Source: a virus
Lineage: Duplodnaviria; Caudoviricetes
IMG/VR virus record: IMGVR_UViG_3300032893_000065
Span: 1-52,571 of that record
Strand: one strand, 5' to 3'
DNA: 52,571 nucleotides
The position numbers and the translations under genes were made by a program. Shown one piece after another: positions 42,686 to 52,571 of this stretch; positions within the stretch are counted from its first letter, which is position 1, and every line of letters begins with the position of its first letter. The notes beneath the pieces are model-generated. The model was given only the letters and a program-made list of their open reading frames with translations, was not told where the DNA came from and made no database searches.

Positions 42686-45169
42686 ATGGCCGACAACGGC
42701 AGCATCTACGAGCCCGGATTCAGGGTCACGAAGGAGCGGAAGCACCACTTCGAGGCGGAGGGGAAGAAGGGTGGCTTCAAGATCCTGAAGTCTAGCCTCT
42801 CGAAGGACAAGATCGCCGGCTTCCAGGCCCTCTGCAAGGGAGGGCCGGTGAAGAAGATGGCGGCCGGCGGAGCCGCCAAGCCGGAGACGCATTTCCATCT
42901 TTTGGGGGAGACGCCCTCGCACTTCCATGTCGGAACTCGGGCCGGGCATTCCCTGGTCATCTCCAAGGCGGCAATCGACCCCACCATCCACAACCAACTC
43001 CGCGCGCTCCCGAAGATCCGGGGCTTCGCGGATGGCGGAGATACGGGAGAACCGAACTACACTCCGGCGAACTACACGCCGGCCACCGGACAGCAGACCG
43101 TCAACTACACCCAGCCGGGCGACTTCACCCCCGTCCCTGCTCAGACGCCGGTCGTGGCCTCGGGGCCGACATCACCGACGCCGGCAGCGCTCGTAGCAGA
43201 GAACCAGGCGGTCTATCGGGCGGCGGCGCAGCATCAGGCACAGCAGGCCCAGATGGCGGCCTCCCCCGCTGCCATGGCTTCGGCTGTTCAGTCGGCGCAG
43301 GCGCTAGAGGCGAAGGCGGCATCGGTTGCGGTGGCGCAGCCAGCCCTTGCCCGGAGCCTCTTGGAGACCGCTCAGGCGACTCGCAACCAGCCCGTACAGG
43401 CCACCTGGGACGCTACGGCTCGGGCGCAGGAGTGGAACCTGAAGGCGGATGCGATAGGGAAGCCCCCGGCCCCCTTCAACCCCGCGGGTCAGCGACCGCC
43501 AAGCGAGTACGATTGGAGCAGGAAAGTCGGCCCAACTCCGCCGGAGCAGGCCGGGGCGACGGGTGTCAACCCGGCATCCCAGGCGGGAGCGATGCGCGCC
43601 GGCATGGCGCCTCCGCCTCCCCTTGCCAGACCGGCTACGGCAGCCGCACCCCCACAGGACATGGGCATCCCGCCTCCGGTCGCTCCGCCGTTGGCGCCTT
43701 CACACGCGCCGGCTCAGGCGGCGCCGCCGACCGTTCCCGCTGCCGCTCCGGATCCCAACGCACCGGGGCCTTGGGCTGGACAGTACAACAAGCCCTACGC
43801 CCCCCCGTTGCCTCCACCGCCCCCACCGGGAGGCCCTGGCGGTCCCCCGAGACCCGCAGGGTACGACCCCGCTGCCGAGATCCGGCAGGCCGGCGCCGCC
43901 GAACAGAGAGCTATCGAGGAGCAGGGGCGGCAAGAGCAGGCCGGCTACGGGAAGATCGCTTCTGCCCAGGATCTACTGGCATCGGGCCTCCAGCAGAAGA
44001 CCGATGCCATCATGCAGCAGTACAAGGACAACGTCGCTCGGGGGGAGAGCCTCTTCCAGGAGTGGCGACAGAGCGTTGCCGCGGCGGGACAGCAGAACCT
44101 CAACTTCAATCGCTTCTTCGCGGACAAGAGCACGGGTCAGAAGATCCTCGGAGCGATCGGGGTCGCGCTCGGCGGTCTAGGCTCCGGGTTCACGGGACAG
44201 GCGAACCAAGCACTCGGCATCCTCAACGGAGCGATCCAGCGGGACGTGGAGCAGCAACGCGCCCAGCTAGCTCAGAAGCAGTGGGTCGCCGGCCAGAACG
44301 AGGGGATGCTCAACTACTTCATGCGGAAGACGAACGACGACCTTTCCGCCGGGATACTCACAATCGCGACGTACAAAGACGTCGCCGCGGCTCAGATCCA
44401 GGCGGCCTCCGATCGTCTCCTCTCGGGGGTTGCGAAGTCGAGGGCGGAGACCTTGGCACAGCAGGTCCGCATGCAGGCCGCCCAAGGCTACCAGGAGGCG
44501 CAGCAACGCCAGATCCAGATCGCAATGGAGCGCATGCAGTACGAATACTACCAGAGCTTCATGGGTCAGGGCGCTGGGGGCGGCGGTCGTGAAAACGTAG
44601 AATACCTGCCCGGCTCCGCGGAGCCGCCGATGTTCAATCCGATGCTCGGCATGAAATGGGACGAGTACCGGAAGGATCTGAACGAGCGCATGGTGGACTT
44701 CCCGGAGCTATCCGACCCCGCGACCGGGAAACAGGTCCGAGCCTGGGCTCACGACGGAGAAGAGGCCAGGCAGATCAAGAGAGCGGACAACACCTTTGCG
44801 GAACTCGAAAGGAACGTCAATATCCTCAACAATCTCGGGAGGCAGCACGGTGTCCAGATCCACCTGTGGGGTTCTGGACCTCGCGCGCTCTACGAGCAGA
44901 CCGTGAACGACATGGTAACGAAGATCAACCAACTCCAACAGTTGAACCGCCTCAATCCGCAGGAGTATGGCGCGTTCTCCGGGATGCTGCCGGAAGAGAA
45001 GGAGTGGTTCACTCCGGCAGGCCAGGCCAAGATCAACGGCTTCCTCTCGAAGCTCCGCTTCCACCGGATGGAACTCTTCACCCGCTACCTTGGCGTTCCA
45101 ATGAACTATCTGCCTGGCGGGATGCAGGGACAATCGCAGGCGCGTCTACCTGAGAGGCGGATCCAGTAG
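42686..45169 (+). CDS. Internal virion / DNA ejection protein 2
   Basis: Pro/Ala/Gln-rich, hydrophobic Gly-rich segment ILGAIGVALGGLGSG; position. Confidence 0.65.
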   Translation: MADNGSIYEPGFRVTKERKHHFEAEGKKGGFKILKSSLSKDKIAGFQALCKGGPVKKMAAGGAAKPETHFHLLGETPSHFHVGTRAGHSLVISKAAIDPTIHNQLRALPKIRGFADGGDTGEPNYTPANYTPATGQQTVNYTQPGDFTPVPAQTPVVASGPTSPTPAALVAENQAVYRAAAQHQAQQAQMAASPAAMASAVQSAQALEAKAASVAVAQPALARSLLETAQATRNQPVQATWDATARAQEWNLKADAIGKPPAPFNPAGQRPPSEYDWSRKVGPTPPEQAGATGVNPASQAGAMRAGMAPPPPLARPATAAAPPQDMGIPPPVAPPLAPSHAPAQAAPPTVPAAAPDPNAPGPWAGQYNKPYAPPLPPPPPPGGPGGPPRPAGYDPAAEIRQAGAAEQRAIEEQGRQEQAGYGKIASAQDLLASGLQQKTDAIMQQYKDNVARGESLFQEWRQSVAAAGQQNLNFNRFFADKSTGQKILGAIGVALGGLGSGFTGQANQALGILNGAIQRDVEQQRAQLAQKQWVAGQNEGMLNYFMRKTNDDLSAGILTIATYKDVAAAQIQAASDRLLSGVAKSRAETLAQQVRMQAAQGYQEAQQRQIQIAMERMQYEYYQSFMGQGAGGGGRENVEYLPGSAEPPMFNPMLGMKWDEYRKDLNERMVDFPELSDPATGKQVRAWAHDGEEARQIKRADNTFAELERNVNILNNLGRQHGVQIHLWGSGPRALYEQTVNDMVTKINQLQQLNRLNPQEYGAFSGMLPEEKEWFTPAGQAKINGFLSKLRFHRMELFTRYLGVPMNYLPGGMQGQSQARLPERRIQ

Positions 45170-47601
45170 TGGCGATGGAGCCCCTCAACCTCGGGGTGAC
45201 GACCCCGGTCAATCCGAACGGGCCACAGATCGAGCCCGTGACGATGGTGACCCCGGGCAACATGGATACTCCCCCGCCCCCGGGGCCCCGAGAAGCACCT
45301 CCGCCGGATCCGAACGAGCAGTGGATCCCTGCCTGGAACCCCGACAACGAACTCGTAGAGGTTCCGGCCAGCGGGATGCAGGGCTGGGGAGCCAAGCTCG
45401 CCGGCTATCGGCCCGCGACTCCCGAGGAGGTCCAGAAGTACAGGCTGGAGCAGAAGTATGGCACGCCTGGGCAGATGGTGGCGACGGCCGGGGAGGCTGC
45501 CCTCGGGACGCTTCTCCCTGGGGTCGGCCCGTATGTAGAGCAGAAGCTCGGCGTTCCCGCGAAGGAAACCGCCCTCCGCGCCCAGGTGAATCCGGGAATG
45601 CACGCTCTCGGGACTGCGGGCGCCATCGGTCTGTCGGCGGCGGCAGCCCCTTTGCTCGGAGCCGCTGCCGGGGCTCCTGCCCTCATTACCGAGATCGGAG
45701 AGGGGACCGCAGACGCGATCGGAGCGGGCTCTGCCCTTGCTCGCATCACATCGGCAGCGGTGAACATGGGTACCCAGGGGGCCCTCTGGTCTACTGGAGA
45801 CGTTCTTAACCGGGCAGTCCTCCAGGAGGCGCCCCTCACCGCAGAGCAGGTTCTCTCGGAAATCGGGGTGGGAACGCTTCTTAGTGGGGGACTCGGAGCG
45901 GTTGGCGGTGGCGTGAAGGCGATCGGGAAGGGGCTCGGGGTCGATTTCACGCAGGCGATCAACTGGCTGGAGACACGAAGCGGGATCAAGGCGGCCGGCG
46001 CCATCGGCCGTACGATGAAGCGGGCGGAGAAGCAGATGGGGATGGACCGCCTTGGAAAGATCATGCAGTTCTTGGGTGACGAGGGGACGTTCGTTCCCGG
46101 TCGCTCTTTTCAGACCATGCAGAACATCGCCCGCGAAGGAATGCAGGACGCGGGCAGCGGTATGCAGGATCTTCTCACCAGGGCTGGCGCTGCCAACGTC
46201 CCGGGCGGTGGAATGATGGGCGCTCGCCCGCTCACCATTCTCGACGTGAACAGAGCCATCCGTAACTCGGAGCAATACAAGGATCTCGCGGAGAACTTTC
46301 TCCAGACTGATGCGCTCAACAAAGTGGAGGAAGGGCTTCGGGGAGCCGAAAGGCAGTTCTCGTTCCAAAACCCGGATGGCACTCTCGGCTACCAGACCCT
46401 CTCTCCGGACGATCTCCACACGATCAGCCAAAGATATGCGGACGCTGCCAGGGGGTACGAGAAGAGCATGGACCCCCAGAGGAGCGCGCTTTCGGACACG
46501 CTCGATGCGGCCCGGTGGCAGACCAACAAGATTCTCGATGACCAACTCGACAAGATCGGAGCAGGCGCGGGGGTTTCCTCTCGGGCCTGGCAGGATTTGA
46601 AGTTCCGCTACCAGGCCTACAAGACCTTAGATGACTTCACTGCGGAGGGGATCTTCCGGTCAGGTGGCAACAACCGGGCGTCTCTCGTCGAGGTGATGGG
46701 TGGTCTCGCTGGCTTCGTCCATGGCGGGGTGGGCGCAGGCATGCTCGTGGGGGCAGGAACCACGCTTCTTCGCCGCGAGGGAGCCGCGGTCGAGAACGTC
46801 ATCTGGCGAAACCTGCGGCGCTTCGTCCAAAGCACGGGGCAGAAGAACCTCTCCGCCATCGGCCAAGCGACAAAGCGAATGTTCCAGGGGGCGGTGGGCG
46901 AAGCCTCTGCCGCTCTCGGCTCGGCCGCGGCGAACTACGAGCCGGTCACGCCAGAGAACTACCAGAGCCAAGCCCAGCAGTGGAACGAGTATGGCTCCGA
47001 CCCCGAGAAGATCGCTCAGGTGGTCGAGAAGAAGCTCGGTCCTCTCATCGCCTCTGCTCCTCCCGTAGCGCTCGCTCTTCACCAGGCGGCCTCGAAGCAG
47101 ATGGCATACCTTGCCGGCCAGGCGCCTCAGTACCAGAAGGTCGGCCCGCTCGATCCGGACTACGAGCCTAGCTGGACCGAGCTAGCCCAGATGAACGAGA
47201 GGCTGGAGGTGGCGCACAACCCCACCGCCATCCTCGATCGGATCACGAACGGCTCGCTCACCCAGGACTACGTGAACCACGTTCAGGCGATGTGGCCGGC
47301 GCAACTCATCCAGATGCGGAAGATCGTCTCCGACCAAATGGCGGCGGCGATCGGGAAGAAGGAGCACATCCCGTACCAGACCAGGCTCGGGCTCGCGATG
47401 TTCCTGGGGATGCCGCTCGATCGCTTCACGACCCCACAGGCGTCCTTCGCTTCCCAGATGGCTTACGCGAGCCAGCCGGCTCCAACTCCGGTGAACGTAC
47501 CGAAGTCGAGCACGGAGAAGGCGAGGAACGTCACGATCGCCGCCTCGAACCGCATGGCAACCGCGACTCAGCAGGCAGATGAACGTTTGGAGAAAGCATG
47601 A
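45169..47601 (+). CDS. Internal virion / DNA ejection protein 3
   Basis: 810 aa helical, Gly/Ala hydrophobic stretches; position. Confidence 0.65.
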   Translation: MAMEPLNLGVTTPVNPNGPQIEPVTMVTPGNMDTPPPPGPREAPPPDPNEQWIPAWNPDNELVEVPASGMQGWGAKLAGYRPATPEEVQKYRLEQKYGTPGQMVATAGEAALGTLLPGVGPYVEQKLGVPAKETALRAQVNPGMHALGTAGAIGLSAAAAPLLGAAAGAPALITEIGEGTADAIGAGSALARITSAAVNMGTQGALWSTGDVLNRAVLQEAPLTAEQVLSEIGVGTLLSGGLGAVGGGVKAIGKGLGVDFTQAINWLETRSGIKAAGAIGRTMKRAEKQMGMDRLGKIMQFLGDEGTFVPGRSFQTMQNIAREGMQDAGSGMQDLLTRAGAANVPGGGMMGARPLTILDVNRAIRNSEQYKDLAENFLQTDALNKVEEGLRGAERQFSFQNPDGTLGYQTLSPDDLHTISQRYADAARGYEKSMDPQRSALSDTLDAARWQTNKILDDQLDKIGAGAGVSSRAWQDLKFRYQAYKTLDDFTAEGIFRSGGNNRASLVEVMGGLAGFVHGGVGAGMLVGAGTTLLRREGAAVENVIWRNLRRFVQSTGQKNLSAIGQATKRMFQGAVGEASAALGSAAANYEPVTPENYQSQAQQWNEYGSDPEKIAQVVEKKLGPLIASAPPVALALHQAASKQMAYLAGQAPQYQKVGPLDPDYEPSWTELAQMNERLEVAHNPTAILDRITNGSLTQDYVNHVQAMWPAQLIQMRKIVSDQMAAAIGKKEHIPYQTRLGLAMFLGMPLDRFTTPQASFASQMAYASQPAPTPVNVPKSSTEKARNVTIAASNRMATATQQADERLEKA

Positions 47602-47867
47602 ACCCGGACATCGAGAGAGTTGACGTGGATCGTTTCGAGTTTTGGCTACATTTCGCGGCCCTTTGCCTCTGTGGGGTCGTCGCTCTCGCCGGAACAGTCT
47701 TCGCATGCCTCGGGAGATACCCTGGGGCTATCGTAGCCGTCGGAGCCCTCGTCGCCATGGCGCATGGGACGAACGGTTACGCCCACGCTCGGTCCTTGGT
47801 GAAGGCGGCGACGGCCACACCGTCCGGGGTCGCGCATACGCTGCCCCACAGGCAGAGAATCGTCTAA
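47598..47867 (+). CDS. Small two-TM protein (holin candidate)
   Basis: Two hydrophobic segments, basic C-terminus; no endolysin adjacent. Confidence 0.4.
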   Translation: MNPDIERVDVDRFEFWLHFAALCLCGVVALAGTVFACLGRYPGAIVAVGALVAMAHGTNGYAHARSLVKAATATPSGVAHTLPHRQRIV

Positions 47868-47870
47868 GCC

Positions 47871-48263
47871 ATGGCAACCTGGAGCCTAGTCCCCGGTCTC
47901 AGCGTCTCGGTCATGTCCGTTCAGGCAACGACCGATAGCGCCCCCTCGTCTGCGACAGACGGACAAGCCCTGTCGGGAGTGGGCGGGTTCAACCTGACCA
48001 TCCAGGCGGATCCGGGACAGACGCTCACCGGGGTGGGATCGCTCACCGGGTACATCTACGACGATCTCATCGGGTGGACCCTGGGAGACATCGGGGTGAA
48101 CGTGCCTGCCATCGCTTCCGGTAGCCGTTCCTACACCTTTAGCGGGTGGACGGTGGCGAACCCGATCGAACGGATCGCTCACATCTGCAACGGGGTCGGG
48201 GTATCGGGCGGCGGAGTGACCTTGATCTATCGGTGTTCCACCCTACGAGGCTTCAAGACCTAG
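47871..48263 (+). CDS. Beta-rich hypothetical protein
   Basis: Operon packing; composition. Confidence 0.7.
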   Translation: MATWSLVPGLSVSVMSVQATTDSAPSSATDGQALSGVGGFNLTIQADPGQTLTGVGSLTGYIYDDLIGWTLGDIGVNVPAIASGSRSYTFSGWTVANPIERIAHICNGVGVSGGGVTLIYRCSTLRGFKT

Positions 48264-48276
48264 CTAGGAGACCACG

Positions 48277-48942
48277 ATGGCGCAGACAGTTTTCGGAGCG
48301 GTGAAGACGACCTATTTTGCCAACCTCCTGCTGGGGATCGAAAGAGGGGTCGCGCTCTCCTATCCTGCAACGCAGTATTGGGGGCTCGCGACGTGCAACA
48401 AGGGGCCGCGCAGCGCTCTCAACTCCGTGACCCTGGCAACGAACGACTACATCTGCGTGATCCCGACTACCGGCACGCGCATGCAGTTGTACAAGTGTAC
48501 GTCCGGCGGCCAGTTGGCGGCCTCCCAGGGATCTCTCTATCCGGGGGTCCCGAATGAGAGCATAAGCGATGGCGGGGCGACGATGGTCGAGCAGTCCTCG
48601 GGTCTTCAGGGGGTGACCGGGGCATCGATGGCGATTCTAGCGGAACCGACCATCGGCTCGAATGCCTACGCCAGGCTTGCCATCACGTCCAATACGACCA
48701 ACTGGGCCGCGGCTTCGGGCGGATCGATCGCCAACGCTGGCGTGGCATGGGCATGGCCGCAGGCCACTCCGGCCGGCTGGACGAGCGGCCTCCAGGCGGT
48801 CTGGGGCATCTTCTCCGTAGATAGTGCCTCGGCGGGCGCCGGCAACATCTGGCAGATCGCCGGCCTTACGGCTTCTTTCCAGGTGCCGGCCCTTCTCACC
48901 GCGTCGATCGCGGCGGGCAACTTCACCCTGACGGAGTTCTAA
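48277..48942 (+). CDS. Tail-associated protein
   Basis: AEPT..YARLAI..NW..WPQAT..W..GI..SA.AGN pattern seen in phage tail-fibre-related proteins. Confidence 0.6.
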   Translation: MAQTVFGAVKTTYFANLLLGIERGVALSYPATQYWGLATCNKGPRSALNSVTLATNDYICVIPTTGTRMQLYKCTSGGQLAASQGSLYPGVPNESISDGGATMVEQSSGLQGVTGASMAILAEPTIGSNAYARLAITSNTTNWAAASGGSIANAGVAWAWPQATPAGWTSGLQAVWGIFSVDSASAGAGNIWQIAGLTASFQVPALLTASIAAGNFTLTEF

Positions 48943-49974
48943 ATGAAGCGACTCCTCATTCTGCTGGCCCTGTGGCCGGCTTTCATATTCGCGCAGAGTT
49001 CTACGAAGATCGTTGGGCCGAACGGCTCCGGTGGAACAGAGACCGCGAAGGTTACCAACAACAACGGAGAGCAGGTAGACGTCACTCGCGTGCAGGGGGC
49101 GAACACGACGACCTCTGGGGCGATCTCGACGGCCTGCGCCGGGGGCACGGGCTGTGCCGCGACGAGCTACGTAACGGTGGCCCTTCTCGGCAAGAGCACG
49201 GCAGGGGCGCAGGTCACTGCCACGTCGAGCCCGAGCGGCATCACCCTCGTCTGTGACGAGTCGCTCGACGGCGGGACGACCTGGAGTCAGGTGGCGGGCG
49301 GGAACTGCGCCTTCGACAACGCCACCACCTGGGCGAAGACGACGAGCATCACGAGTTTCACTGTGGGAGATACGTATAACCTCATGCTCTCCGGCGGTGC
49401 CACGAACGTTCGCATTCGCGCGAACGCGCTGACCTCCGGAACGGTCACCCTGAGCGTGACGGCCACCGATGCCGTTGACCCGAGCGTAGCCTTCGCCGGC
49501 CCGCTCAACGCTGCTCCGCCTCTTACTGGAACGACCGACGCCGGGGTGGCGACGGCCGATGGTGCTCCCAGCGCAGCGTCCGCTGGCAACCTGACGTCGC
49601 TGAATATGGACTTACAGCGCCGGCTGCGGGTGAACATCGCGCACCCGAACCCATTCCAGTGTACGGCGAGCGCGCAATCGGCGACCGGGAACTGCACGAC
49701 GAGTGCTTCGGGCGCCTCTCTCTTCTACTATATCACCAGCATCACGATGAGTACGAGCGTCGCGCAGACGCTTCAGGTGGTCTCATCCACAACCAGCGGT
49801 TGTGGCTCGGGAACGACCAACCTCACGGCCGCGCATTACCTGCCAGCGAACGGCGGCTTCGCCCAGCATTACATCACGCCAATCAAGGCTGGGGCCGCGA
49901 ACTCGTATCTCTGCTGCGCCCGCGGGACGGGGGCATCGTTTAGCTGCGACATCCAGGGGTATATCGCGCCATGA
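48943..49974 (+). CDS. Cys-containing beta-rich protein with signal peptide
   Basis: MKRLLILLALWPAFIFA-Q. Confidence 0.75.
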   Translation: MKRLLILLALWPAFIFAQSSTKIVGPNGSGGTETAKVTNNNGEQVDVTRVQGANTTTSGAISTACAGGTGCAATSYVTVALLGKSTAGAQVTATSSPSGITLVCDESLDGGTTWSQVAGGNCAFDNATTWAKTTSITSFTVGDTYNLMLSGGATNVRIRANALTSGTVTLSVTATDAVDPSVAFAGPLNAAPPLTGTTDAGVATADGAPSAASAGNLTSLNMDLQRRLRVNIAHPNPFQCTASAQSATGNCTTSASGASLFYYITSITMSTSVAQTLQVVSSTTSGCGSGTTNLTAAHYLPANGGFAQHYITPIKAGAANSYLCCARGTGASFSCDIQGYIAP

Positions 49975-50654
49975 AGCGGCTGGCCGTTCTCCTTGCGCTC
50001 CTCCCGGCGCTCGCCTTCGGGCAGACGCTCAATCAGTCCCTGTTCATCCGCTCGACGCAGACGAACGGCTCGGGGATCTCCGGGAGCTACGATCTCTCGA
50101 CGTCGCGCGGAAGCTCCGCCGCGAACAGCGGCGCGACGACCTGTGTGACGGCTCGCACGACGTTCCGCACCTATGCAAGCATCGGCACCGTGTCCCAGGC
50201 AATGACGCTGAATGGTACCATCACCCTAAATGGCCGTGGGCTGGAGTCGAGTGGCTCCTGCAACAACGGTAACTCGTTCACGATCTATTATTACCGGAGC
50301 GGCTCCCCGACCCAGATCTGTCAATCCGCGGCATCCTCAGAGTGGACGACCTCCGAGACCGCGAAGCAAGCGACCTGCACCGCCTCGTCCGTTGGGCTTC
50401 AGGTGGGCGACTATATCGAGATCACCTGGGAGCACATCAACGTTGGCACCGGCAATGCGAGCTACACGAAGACGGTCTACTGGGACGGACCGACCGGAGG
50501 GGCGACCGGGGATACCTGGATCAACTTTCCACAGTGCATCCCCGGCGTCACGGCCACCGCCTGCATCACGAACAGTGGAATGGAAGGCTTCTGGGGAAAG
50601 GTCGAGGAGCAGGATCTGCGCTGGGGCCTGCTCGCGATGACTTACAGCAAATGA
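49971..50654 (+). CDS. Cys-containing protein with signal peptide
   Basis: MKRLAVLLALLPALAFG-Q. Confidence 0.75.
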   Translation: MKRLAVLLALLPALAFGQTLNQSLFIRSTQTNGSGISGSYDLSTSRGSSAANSGATTCVTARTTFRTYASIGTVSQAMTLNGTITLNGRGLESSGSCNNGNSFTIYYYRSGSPTQICQSAASSEWTTSETAKQATCTASSVGLQVGDYIEITWEHINVGTGNASYTKTVYWDGPTGGATGDTWINFPQCIPGVTATACITNSGMEGFWGKVEEQDLRWGLLAMTYSK

Positions 50655-50663
50655 GGGCTACAC

Positions 50664-50933
50664 ATGGGCATCGCATTCGCTTACACGACGCCGGTTGCAC
50701 AGGCTTCCAAGGTTGGCGCCATCGTGGGCGCTCCAATCACCATTGACCCGAATGTTCTCCAGGCTCAGGTTCCGTACATCGAGGGTACGAGCCCGACGGC
50801 GCCGATCCCTGGTACAGGAGGCACCCTCACGGTCACGCTTCTCCAGACCGACGTCCACGCGATCCTGGCGACGATCCTCGCTCGCGCCGCCGCTAACGCC
50901 CAGCTTCCCCCGGGCAGCATCGTGGACACCTGA
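50664..50933 (+). CDS. Hypothetical protein
   Basis: GAGG RBS; TGATG coupling downstream. Confidence 0.65.
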   Translation: MGIAFAYTTPVAQASKVGAIVGAPITIDPNVLQAQVPYIEGTSPTAPIPGTGGTLTVTLLQTDVHAILATILARAAANAQLPPGSIVDT

Positions 50934-51688
50934 TGCGCCGGCTCGCGCTCCTTCTCCTGTTCTTGGCGGTCGCCGCCGACGCCAAAAACATGCACTCGGG
51001 ATTGCCGATCACCAGTCCGGTGGTGACGCTGGGTGGAATGATGCGCGACGCGGGCGCAGCCTATCCGCTCAAGACCACCTCCACGGCCTTTACTACGTCG
51101 CTCGCGGTGACGAGCGTCTCCACTGCCGCGTCTTCGACGCTGCTGGTTCTGACCGTGGCCCTGGTCGATTTCGACGGCATAAGCATGGAGCCCACGTCCG
51201 TGTCTTCCTTGACCGGATGTGCTGGATGGTCGTTGCGGATCTCAAGCGGCAGCGACGGGGCTCACCGAGGAGAGGTTTGGACGAATGCCTGTAGTTCGAC
51301 CCTGTCCGGGCAGACGGTAACGGTCTCATGGACGAACAACGTTAGCGGTCACGGCCAATCCGGTGCTCTGGCGCTCGATGCTCTCACGGGCACGAACGCT
51401 TCTCCCATCGGAAACTCGGCCGGCGCGGACGCATCGACCAACTCTGCTCTCAATATCACCGTGAGCGGGGTGGCGTCCAAGTCCTGGGTGTACGTTGCCT
51501 GTGCGGCCGAAGACACTTCCGGGCCAGGAGTGGTCAGTGGGACCACGCAGATCGCCAGCAGCGTCGATACCTCCACCGAGGCCTTGGTTGGCGTGAACAC
51601 GGTTGGGACCGGCGGATCAGTCAACGTCGGGTGGAATCTCTCAACCTCGTTCACCAGCATCGCGGCGCTGGAGATCAAGTCGCAGTAG
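50933..51688 (+). CDS. Ser/Thr-rich beta protein with signal peptide
   Basis: MRRLALLLLFLAVAADA-K. Confidence 0.75.
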   Translation: MRRLALLLLFLAVAADAKNMHSGLPITSPVVTLGGMMRDAGAAYPLKTTSTAFTTSLAVTSVSTAASSTLLVLTVALVDFDGISMEPTSVSSLTGCAGWSLRISSGSDGAHRGEVWTNACSSTLSGQTVTVSWTNNVSGHGQSGALALDALTGTNASPIGNSAGADASTNSALNITVSGVASKSWVYVACAAEDTSGPGVVSGTTQIASSVDTSTEALVGVNTVGTGGSVNVGWNLSTSFTSIAALEIKSQ

Positions 51689-51697
51689 GGAGGGGCC

Positions 51698-52009
51698 ATG
51701 GCCGCACCGACCAATGTGGCTGCGAACGAGGTCTTGGCCGGCGGCGGTTCAGGGACCGGCACGACGCTCGACACGAATCTGGCCTCTCGCCAGGTGGTAG
51801 AAATCTACAACAACGGTACTGAGGATCTCACGATCGTGGAGTCCACAGGGGCTGCCCCGACGATCACGCCGGGCACGACACCTGGCATCATCCTCTATCC
51901 GGGAAACAACATCGCACTCTGGGCTGGCACGGGCATCCGGTTCTACGCCAGGGCACGTACCACTACGCAATCATCTGGCGCGGGAACTTACGTAGTCGAG
52001 TCCGCGTGA
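51698..52009 (+). CDS. Small beta-rich protein
   Basis: GGAGG RBS; VEIYNNG..GIILYPG. Confidence 0.7.
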   Translation: MAAPTNVAANEVLAGGGSGTGTTLDTNLASRQVVEIYNNGTEDLTIVESTGAAPTITPGTTPGIILYPGNNIALWAGTGIRFYARARTTTQSSGAGTYVVESA

Positions 52010-52017
52010 GGTAGCGG

Positions 52018-52571
52018 ATGCCGTTCCTCCCCCCTCGCAAGCGACTTTGGATTGCCGCGGTTCTCGCGGCGACCGCGGGGGGAACGACTTATCAGGCTAC
52101 CGCTCAGGGTGGCGGTGGGGGATCTGCACAGGCCACTTTCACGCTCACCCAGGGGGTTGTAGCCCAGGGTTCTGGCGGGGGAAGCGGTCAAGTCTCGGCT
52201 AGCGGGGCGGCCTCTGCCGTAGCCGTTGGGGCGGGCGGCGGGTCGGGTAAAGCCTCCGTCTCGTCCCTCCTCTCGGTCCTCCTCCAGGGCTCCGGCGGCG
52301 GGTCCGGGCAAGCTGCGCCCACTGGCGCCCAGGGGCTCACCGCTCAGGGCTCTGGAGGCGGGGCCGGGCAGGCGAGTTCTGCTGGCGCGATGTCCTCCGT
52401 GGCCTCCGGCGCAGGCGGCGGCAGCGGACAGGCCGCATCCTCGAATGCCCAGTCTCTCGTAGCTTCTGGCGCGGGCGGTGGGTCGGGAGAGGCCACCTTC
52501 GCCTCGGGTGGGACTACCTACCAGGCCACGGCTCAGGGGGCAGGCGGAGGTTCCGGCCAGGCTTCGGTCTC
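52018..52571 (+). CDS. Partial Gly/Ser/Ala repeat protein (runs off window end)
   Basis: MPFLPPRKRLWIAAVLAATAGG...; repeated G.GGGSG units; no stop before window end. Confidence 0.7.
   Translation, partial: MPFLPPRKRLWIAAVLAATAGGTTYQATAQGGGGGSAQATFTLTQGVVAQGSGGGSGQVSASGAASAVAVGAGGGSGKASVSSLLSVLLQGSGGGSGQAAPTGAQGLTAQGSGGGAGQASSAGAMSSVASGAGGGSGQAASSNAQSLVASGAGGGSGEATFASGGTTYQATAQGAGGGSGQASV

Noticed and set aside
1-52571. Host or lifestyle assignment
   Set aside because: High GC and gene content alone are insufficient; no integrase, att site or host flank is visible.

Overview
A GC-rich, tailed-phage (Caudoviricetes) genome segment with podovirus-like layout, truncated at both ends. No integrase, DNA polymerase, tape measure or endolysin is recognisable in the window. 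Left to right: a leftward recombination block (HNH, RecT-like, Gam-like); an XRE regulator and rightward replication block (initiator with internal iterons, DnaB-like helicase, RusA, sigma-region-4-like HTH); leftward accessory genes including a Ycf46-like AAA+ ATPase module; a ~1 kb non-coding repeat region; a leftward operon containing a Ro60/TROVE gene; and a rightward morphogenesis operon (TerS, TerL, portal, scaffold, capsid, adaptor, fibre, nozzle, three ejection-type proteins, a run of signal-peptide-bearing genes). The standout is the Ro60 locus. A sigma70-type promoter precedes a tandem array of five Y-RNA-like hairpins, with a 31-aa membrane peptide gene inside the array. The unit next to Ro60 contains a complete circularly permuted tRNA-Gly(GCC) cloverleaf that keeps its anticodon loop. 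A PNK-like kinase lies downstream on the same strand. Other notable signals are a candidate -1 frameshift, an exact 15-mer present four times at regulatory positions, and a small double-T-loop element. All calls are by eye from motifs and gene order; no searches were run.
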